A stretch of DNA of 64,000 nucleotides, taken from contig OX638375.1 of the NCBI GenBank assembly GCA_951813575.1, forward strand, positions 3,805,108 to 3,869,107, written 5' to 3'. Positions 58,234-64,000 of this stretch are shown piece by piece (the first letter of the stretch is position 1; the number at the start of each line of letters is the position of its first letter). The DNA comes from Candidatus Binatia bacterium. Lineage in GTDB: Bacteria; Desulfobacterota; Binatia; UBA9968; JAJDTQ01. The notes beneath the pieces were generated by a model. That model saw only the letters and a list, made by a program, of their open reading frames with translations, ran no database searches and was not told where the DNA came from. The translations under genes and the position numbers were made by a program.

Positions 58234-59555
58234 CTTCCAGGGAGGATCTCAAGGCCGAGGCCTGCCGGGTCATCGATGCCCGCAGGGAGGAGATCATCGA
58301 GCTCGGCGAGACGATCCTGCGCAACCCGGAGACGGGTTTCAACGAAAACGGGACCGCGGACCGGGTGGCCGCGCGGCTTCAGGACCTGGGGCTCGAGCCG
58401 CAACGGGATCTGGCCATCACCGGCGTCAAGGGCCGGCAGGAATGCGGCGCCCCGGGACCCACCCTGGCCCTCCTGGGAGAGTTGGACTCGCTGCGGGTGC
58501 CGGACCATCCCCATGCCGATCCCCGAACCGGCGCGGCGCATGCCTGCGGTCACAACGCCCAGGTGGCGGGCATGGTGGGCGCGGCCATGGGGCTTCTGTC
58601 CGCCGGCGTCCTGCCGGAGCTCGCCGGCTCGCTGGTCTTCTTCGCGGTCCCCGCCGAAGAGATGATCGACGTCGACGAGCGCATGGGGCGCAAGGCGCGC
58701 AACGAGCTCGAGTTCCTGTCCGGCAAGGCGGAGCTCATCCGGCTGGGGCACTTCGACGACGTGGACATGGCGATGATGTTCCACACCAAGACCGATACCC
58801 TCGCCTCCCACGTGGCCCGGTCGTCCAACGGCGCCATCATCAAGAAGATCCGCTTCATCGGCAAGGCCGCCCACGCGGGCGGGAGCCCGCAGAAGGGCGT
58901 CAACGCCCTCAACGCGGCCTCCCTGGCCATGACCGCCATCGCCTACCAGCGCGAGACCTTCTACGACGACGACACCATCCGCATCCACCCCATTATCACC
59001 CGTGGCGGCGACGCCGTGAGCGTGGTACCGGCGGAGGTGACCCTCGAGACCTTCATCCGGGGCAAGACCCTGGAGGGGATCCTCGACGCCAACCGCAAGG
59101 TGGACAACGCGTTGCGGGGCGCGGCCATGGCCGTGGGGGCGTCGGTGGAGATCACCACGGTGCCGGGCTATCTGCCGCAGACCAACAACGAGGCCATGGC
59201 GCGACTCTGGGGCGAGAACGCCGAGGGGCTGTTCGGCGCCGGCCAGTTCCGGCTCGGCACCGAGCACCGCACCAGCAGCACCGACTTCGGCGACCTGGCC
59301 CACATCATGCCGGCGATCCAGCCCTACGTCGCGGGCGCCGCCGGCGGCGGCCATACCAACGCTTACCTGCTGGTGGATCACGATTCGGTCTACGTGAAGT
59401 CGGCCAAGCTGCTGGCCATGACCGCCATCGACCTGCTCCACGACGGCGCGGCGGCGGCACGCCGGATCCTCGATGAAGACAAGCCGCGCATGACCCGGAA
59501 CGAGTACCTGGAGTTCCAGCGCAAGCTCGACGCCCGGGAACGGTTCGAACCCTGA
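58230..59555 (+). CDS. M20 family amidohydrolase
   Basis: NPETGFNE, GELDSL, HACGHN, PAEE, GKAAHAG, SSTDFGD. Confidence 0.92.
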   Translation: MTSREDLKAEACRVIDARREEIIELGETILRNPETGFNENGTADRVAARLQDLGLEPQRDLAITGVKGRQECGAPGPTLALLGELDSLRVPDHPHADPRTGAAHACGHNAQVAGMVGAAMGLLSAGVLPELAGSLVFFAVPAEEMIDVDERMGRKARNELEFLSGKAELIRLGHFDDVDMAMMFHTKTDTLASHVARSSNGAIIKKIRFIGKAAHAGGSPQKGVNALNAASLAMTAIAYQRETFYDDDTIRIHPIITRGGDAVSVVPAEVTLETFIRGKTLEGILDANRKVDNALRGAAMAVGASVEITTVPGYLPQTNNEAMARLWGENAEGLFGAGQFRLGTEHRTSSTDFGDLAHIMPAIQPYVAGAAGGGHTNAYLLVDHDSVYVKSAKLLAMTAIDLLHDGAAAARRILDEDKPRMTRNEYLEFQRKLDARERFEP

Positions 59556-59576
59556 AGCGCCGGCAGGCAGGCAAGG

Positions 59577-60440
59577 TCACGGCTTGGGCTGCCGGCCCTT
59601 TGATTCCGTGGTTCCATGCCCGGGGTCCGCCATGAACGAGCGCCAGGCGTCCCAGTACGGTCCTCCACCCGCGAGCCAGGTGTCGTTGTGCCCCGATCCG
59701 GGAATGACATAGAAGCGTTTCGGCGTATTGGCCTGCTCGAAGAGCCGCTGTCCCTGAGCGAGAGGGACGATTTCGTCAGCGTCCCCGTGAAGGATGAAGA
59801 CGGGCATCCTCACCCGGGGAAGGTAGCTCAGGTTGTCGAATTCCTGGGAAACGAACCAGCTCACGGGAAGGAAGGGGAAAACCTTCCTCCCCATGGCCAC
59901 CAGGCTCTCGAAGGGTGATTCGAGTATCAGACCGCGGGCCGCGGCGCCCTCCGCGGCTATGCGGACCATGACGGCAGCGCCGAGAGAGCGCCCGAAGAAA
60001 AAGATCCGCTCCGGCGGCACCCGCCGGCGCAGCCACGCATACGCCCCCCGGGCGTCCTCATAGAGTCCCGACTCCCCAGGCTTTCCCTCGCTCCGGCCGA
60101 AGCCCCTGTAGTCGAACAGGAAGACTCCCGCGTGCAGCTCCTGGTGTATCATGGCGATGTTCCGGGCCCGGTGGGAGAGGTTGCCCGCGTTGCCGTGCGC
60201 CCAGAGCAGCACGGGGCGGTCCGGACCGGGGGGTTCCACGTACCAGCCGTGCAGCCGGACGCCGTCCCTGGCTTCGAAGCGTACGTCCTGGAAGGGTACG
60301 CCGTAGTCGGCAGGGGTGACGTCGATCTTCCGGATCGGGTGGTAGAGGAAGAAGTTCTCGACGAAGCCGGAAAAGCTCATCAGCAGGATCGCCGGAATCG
60401 ACCAGAGGACGAGTCGACCCCATGTCGATGGGCGGAACAA
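59577..60440 (-). CDS. alpha/beta hydrolase (BEM46/ABHD-like)
   Basis: HGNAGN, DYRGFGRS, GRSLG, HGDADE, GHND. Confidence 0.9.
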   Translation of the reverse strand: MFRPSTWGRLVLWSIPAILLMSFSGFVENFFLYHPIRKIDVTPADYGVPFQDVRFEARDGVRLHGWYVEPPGPDRPVLLWAHGNAGNLSHRARNIAMIHQELHAGVFLFDYRGFGRSEGKPGESGLYEDARGAYAWLRRRVPPERIFFFGRSLGAAVMVRIAAEGAAARGLILESPFESLVAMGRKVFPFLPVSWFVSQEFDNLSYLPRVRMPVFILHGDADEIVPLAQGQRLFEQANTPKRFYVIPGSGHNDTWLAGGGPYWDAWRSFMADPGHGTTESKGRQPKP

Positions 60441-60487
60441 GGCGCGTCAAACCCGTCGCATCGCCTGTCTACGTCAAGTCCGCCAAG

Positions 60488-60806
60488 CTACCCGTTCTCC
60501 GCCTTGTCGAAGTACTCCCGTGTCACCTTGAAGACCATGGGCGCCAGCAGCAGCAGGCCGATGAGGTTGGGCACCGCCATCAGGCCGTTGAGGGTGTCCG
60601 ACAGGTTCCACACGAAGCCCACCTTCACGTTGGCGAAGGTCAGGGCCGCCAGCACCCAGAGCGCGCGGTACACCATCAAGCTGTTCTCGCTGAACAGGTA
60701 CTGCCAGCAGCGCTCGCCGTAGTAGGACCACCCGAGGATGGTAGTGAAGGCGAAGACCGCCAGGGCCACGGTTGACCGAATCGATGATTGCGTTCAAGCG
60801 GTCCAT
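60488..60806 (-). pseudogene. internally deleted alanine/glycine:cation symporter (AlsT/AgcS)
   Basis: RBS + MDRLNAIIDSVN joined out of frame to C-terminal FAFTTILGWSYYGE..WNLSD..NGLMAVPNLIG. Confidence 0.82.
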
Positions 60807-60835
60807 GGCATCCTCCCAGGCGCGGTTATCCGCCG

Positions 60836-62119
60836 TCAGGCCGACAACGCCGCGTGCACGGCGCGGCTGATCTCGAACAGCCGGTGATCATGACAGCGGT
60901 GCCCCACCAGTTGCAAGCCCACGGGAAGGCCCGCGGGCCCCTTGAAGAGGGGAAGCGTCACGCACGGCACGTGGGTCCAGGTGGCGAGGATGTTGAACGA
61001 CGTGTCTCCGGTGTTGTCGAGGCCCGCCGGAGCCTCGCCCGGCGCGCTCGGGGTCAGCAGCACGTCGTGATCCTTCGCCGCCTCCGACAGATAGGCCCGG
61101 CACGCGGCCATGACTCCCTCCGCTTCCCGGTATTCCTCGTAGGAGACCGCCGGCCAGTCCTTCATCTTGCCCTGCTGGAATACGCTCAGCAGGTCGAAGT
61201 GGTGGGTCCTTTCCCACGACAGCGCCCGCGCGATCTCGTAGTCGCTGACGCGGCGGCCCATGGCCTCGAAGTCGGCGAAGGGTCCGCCGAGGTCGAGATC
61301 CGACACCGCCGCGCCGGCCTTGGCGAGGTCCGCGGCGGCGCCCTCCACCAGCGCCTTGGTGTAGTCCTCAGCCCGGTCCCAAAGCGGCGTGCGGCAGAAG
61401 CCCACCCGCAGCCCCTGGAGCGAAACCGCGCCCAGGGGCCGGACCGGCTCGCCGGTGACGGCCGACCGGAAGAGCGGCAGGTCTTCCACCGCGCGGCCGA
61501 ACAGCCCCACGGTGTCGAAGGAACCGGTGTTCTCCTTGACCCCCTCCGTGCTGATCTCGCCGTAGCTGGGCTTGTAGCCCACGCAGCCGCAGAACGACGC
61601 CGGCCGGATGACCGAGCCAAGGGTCTGGGTGCCGAAGCCCATGAACGCCATGAAGTCGGCCACGGCGGCCGCCGAGCCGCTGGACGAGCCGCCCGGGGTG
61701 TGCCTCGGCTCGTGGGGATTCATGGTCTTGCCGGGGTGGCGGCTGGCGAACTCCGTGGTGACGGTCTTGCCCAGGAGAACGCCGCCTGCGGCCCGGGTCA
61801 TGGCCACGCACGCGGCGTCCGCCCGGGGCCGGAAGCCCTCCCAGATGGGCGAGCCGTAGCCCGTGGGCATGTCGGCGGTGTCCATGATATCCTTGACCGC
61901 GAACGGAAGGCCGTGCACCGGTCCGTGGTCGGCTGCACGGTCGCGTTCCGCGGCCTGCGCCAGAGAGTAGTCGGGGTCCAGGTGTATCCAGGCTTCCACC
62001 TCCGGCTCCCGTTCCTCGATGCGCTCCAGGCAGGCCCGGACCAGTTCCTCGGAGGTGACGTCGCCCCGGTTGATGCGTTCCACGGCTTGGCTGGCGGAAA
62101 GTCGGCACAGGTCGTTCAT
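60836..62119 (-). CDS. amidase signature family protein
   Basis: VKDIMDT, GKTVTTEFA, TPGGSSSGSAAAV, GTQTLGSVIRPASFCG. Confidence 0.93.
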   Translation of the reverse strand: MNDLCRLSASQAVERINRGDVTSEELVRACLERIEEREPEVEAWIHLDPDYSLAQAAERDRAADHGPVHGLPFAVKDIMDTADMPTGYGSPIWEGFRPRADAACVAMTRAAGGVLLGKTVTTEFASRHPGKTMNPHEPRHTPGGSSSGSAAAVADFMAFMGFGTQTLGSVIRPASFCGCVGYKPSYGEISTEGVKENTGSFDTVGLFGRAVEDLPLFRSAVTGEPVRPLGAVSLQGLRVGFCRTPLWDRAEDYTKALVEGAAADLAKAGAAVSDLDLGGPFADFEAMGRRVSDYEIARALSWERTHHFDLLSVFQQGKMKDWPAVSYEEYREAEGVMAACRAYLSEAAKDHDVLLTPSAPGEAPAGLDNTGDTSFNILATWTHVPCVTLPLFKGPAGLPVGLQLVGHRCHDHRLFEISRAVHAALSA

Positions 62120-62224
62120 CGGTGGTATCCTCTGGCTGGTGTTTTGACGGGTGATGATGGAATCTGCCATAGCACGTTTCTCGACGGGATTCGATTGAGG
62201 CCCTTTCGGGCCGGGAGGTCGGAC

Positions 62225-62632
62225 ATGATCAAGACCAAGGGACTCTATCACAGCGGCATCCCCGTCAATGACATCGACCGGGCGGTGGCGTTCTATCGTG
62301 ACGTGCTGGGCATGGACGTGGCCAACATCGCCCGCGACGACCTCCGGGGCCTCGGCCGGGCCGACATGCGCTCCGGCAACAGCATCGTCGTGCTGTTCCA
62401 GCGTCCCAACCCCATCGACCGGGACGCCCTCGCCGAGGACGGCGTCACCCACCAAGCCTTCTACGTCGACAGCGACGACTTCGACACCGCCGAGGAACGG
62501 ATGCGCGCCGCCGGCGTCCGCATCCACGAGGTCCCGGTGGTGGAGCGCCGCTCCGGCCGCGGCTTCTATTTCTTCGATCCCGACGGAAACCTGCTGCAGC
62601 TCTATGCGCCGCCGAAGGGTAAGGGGGGATGA
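62225..62632 (+). CDS. VOC/glyoxalase family protein
   Basis: HSGIPVNDIDRAVAFYRDVLG, HQAF, FFDPDGNLLQL. Confidence 0.9.
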   Translation: MIKTKGLYHSGIPVNDIDRAVAFYRDVLGMDVANIARDDLRGLGRADMRSGNSIVVLFQRPNPIDRDALAEDGVTHQAFYVDSDDFDTAEERMRAAGVRIHEVPVVERRSGRGFYFFDPDGNLLQLYAPPKGKGG

Positions 62633-62639
62633 CCCCCGA

Positions 62640-62677
62640 CTGGACAAATAATATGCCTAGACATATAATCTGTCCAG
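62640..62677. promoter_or_regulatory. putative TA promoter/operator
   Basis: CTGGACA...TGTCCAG inverted repeat enclosing TATAAT, followed by RBS GGAGG. Confidence 0.55.
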
Positions 62678-62692
62678 TATGGAGGGGCCAAT

Positions 62693-62917
62693 ATGAAGAC
62701 GATCGGGGCCGCGAAGTTCAAGGAGCAATGCCTGGCTCTCCTGGACAGCCTTGACGCAGAGGGGTTGATCGTCACCAAACACGGGAAGCCCGTGGCGCGG
62801 GTTGTTCCTTACGACCAGCAGTGTGCTGATCTGATCGGCAGCCTGCGGCACAAAATCGAGATCCGAGGGGATATCTTTACCACGGGTATTCGCTGGGACG
62901 CGGATGGTCAACCTTGA
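62693..62917 (+). CDS. Phd/YefM family antitoxin
   Basis: AAKFKEQCLALLD..IVTKHGKPVARVVP. Confidence 0.9.
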   Translation: MKTIGAAKFKEQCLALLDSLDAEGLIVTKHGKPVARVVPYDQQCADLIGSLRHKIEIRGDIFTTGIRWDADGQP

Positions 62918-63293
62918 CACACACATCCTCGTCTTGGCGATCAACGGTGAACTCCGGCGGTCCGAGCAGGCAGTCCTGACCCGGAATCCATGGTCCATCT
63001 CCGCCGTCGTTTTGTGGGAGTTGGCCAAGCTCGTTCAACTCGACCGGCTTGACATGGACCTTGACGACCGTGAGGTGGTCCGAGTCCTGAACCGTCTACA
63101 AGTGTGGCCCATCGATCTTGCGATTTCCCGAGCCTCGACTCGGCTTGATTTCAGAAGCGATCCCGCGGACGAGATCATCGCGGCCACCAGTGTCGTGCAC
63201 GGTGTGCCGTTGGTCACGCGCGACCGCGTCATGCGCGGTTCGAAGGTCGTCCCGCTTGCGAACATTCCTCAACGTGCGGAGGGGCGGAAATAG
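62904..63293 (+). CDS. vapC: VapC PIN toxin
   Basis: LDTHIL, ISAVVLWE, DPADEIIAAT, LVTRD. Confidence 0.92.
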   Translation: MVNLDTHILVLAINGELRRSEQAVLTRNPWSISAVVLWELAKLVQLDRLDMDLDDREVVRVLNRLQVWPIDLAISRASTRLDFRSDPADEIIAATSVVHGVPLVTRDRVMRGSKVVPLANIPQRAEGRK

Positions 63294-63314
63294 ACTGATT
63301 GCCAGGAGCACGAC

Positions 63315-63447
63315 GGAACCCGGATCAAGCCTGCCCCGGGCTTCACCCGGGGTCCGGGGTGACGTTGAGGCGCTCCGGGGCGACGTTGCGGGCGCTCTGG
63401 TGACGTTGAAGGCTCCGGGATGGCGCTGAGGGTTCTGTCGCGACGTT
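63315..63447 (-). repeat. four degenerate ~20-bp units leading into a REP with a nested hairpin
   Basis: Minus strand AACGTCRCC-like units, then CGTCACCCCGGAC-[CCCGGGTGAAGCCCGGGGCAGG]-CTTGATCCGGGTTCC. Confidence 0.7.
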
Positions 63448-64000
63448 ATGGGGAACCGCTCCCCAACCGCTCCTCCAACTGCTTGAGGTACAAGCTCCTC
63501 GGTTGCACCGGCTTCCCCGCTGAATACCAGTAGCAGTCGCCGCTGGTGCTGTAGGCGCGCGAGCCGATGGCCCAGTTCCGGGCGGTGGGCGGGCTCTCGC
63601 AGATGATGCTGTCGTCGGAGGAGTTCCAGAACATCATCTGGGCGCCGGCCCAGCCGTGGCCGGTGCCCATGTTGCCGCGGTCCCGTACGTTGAGGGCGTC
63701 GCCCTGGACGTGGACGTTGTCGTACAGGGTGCCCACCGCCCAACGGTGGTGGGGTCCGCTGTCGTCGTGGGCGTTGCGGGCTTCGCAGTCGAGGAAGACG
63801 TTGGGTCCGGGCACGCGTGAGTGCATGACGAAGTCGTGCCGTCCCTGGTTCGAGAAGGCGCGCTTCACCAGCGTGAGCTGTCCCCGGAGCGCGAAGGCGT
63901 AGCGGCGCGAGCCGGTGATTTTGGATACGGGATCGAGGCAGGCGGCGTCCTCCACCGTGATCCATTTGCCGTGGCGCTCCACGTAGACGCAGCTATAGGC
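63446..64000 (-). CDS. C-terminus of a putative beta-helix/polysaccharide-lyase-like protein (partial)
   Basis: RRYAF, GRHDF, GPNVFLDC, SGPHHRWAVGTLYDN, GHGWAGA, PRSLYLKQL. Confidence 0.6.
   Translation of the reverse strand, partial: AYSCVYVERHGKWITVEDAACLDPVSKITGSRRYAFALRGQLTLVKRAFSNQGRHDFVMHSRVPGPNVFLDCEARNAHDDSGPHHRWAVGTLYDNVHVQGDALNVRDRGNMGTGHGWAGAQMMFWNSSDDSIICESPPTARNWAIGSRAYSTSGDCYWYSAGKPVQPRSLYLKQLEERLGSGSP

Noticed and set aside
60788-62647. Long N-terminal extensions of the amidase and VOC ORFs
   Set aside because: Artefacts of the ORF caller; the real starts are 62119 (-) and 62225 (+), each preceded by a GGAGG/AGAGG RBS

Overview
High-GC bacterial chromosomal segment; the gene content and codon style suggest a Deltaproteobacteria/Binatia-like organism, but this is inference only. 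The core regions hold catabolic enzymes (hydrolases, LLM, SDR, amidohydrolases) and a class-V aminotransferase-serA-purA operon under a ZMP/ZTP riboswitch with promoter and terminator. They also hold a TPR-MoxR(CoxD)-VWA(CoxE)-split XdhC-CTP riboflavin kinase-UbiX-2x split-barrel flavoprotein operon, anSME, ppx and two VapBC pairs. Two accessory, lower-GC, integrase-free islands interrupt the core. Island 1 (18.5-31.8 kb): ATPase-wHTH, mini GIY-YIG, type III-like Res and Mod, IetA/IetS, and a frameshifted RelE-like-UvrD helicase. Island 2 (34.2-41.1 kb): PD-(D/E)xK nucleases, a decayed EcoRI-family MTase/HNH module, IS relics, an NDT/TIR-like protein, and ABC-ATPase+PIN+DUF2283. Non-coding structure includes a perfect 16x21-bp tandem array, three loci where tandem REP half-sites lead into a full REP, a CTAG-flanked MITE-like element and a 60-bp phased palindrome. 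No rRNA, tRNA or CRISPR array was seen. All family calls come from motif recognition by eye, not database searches.
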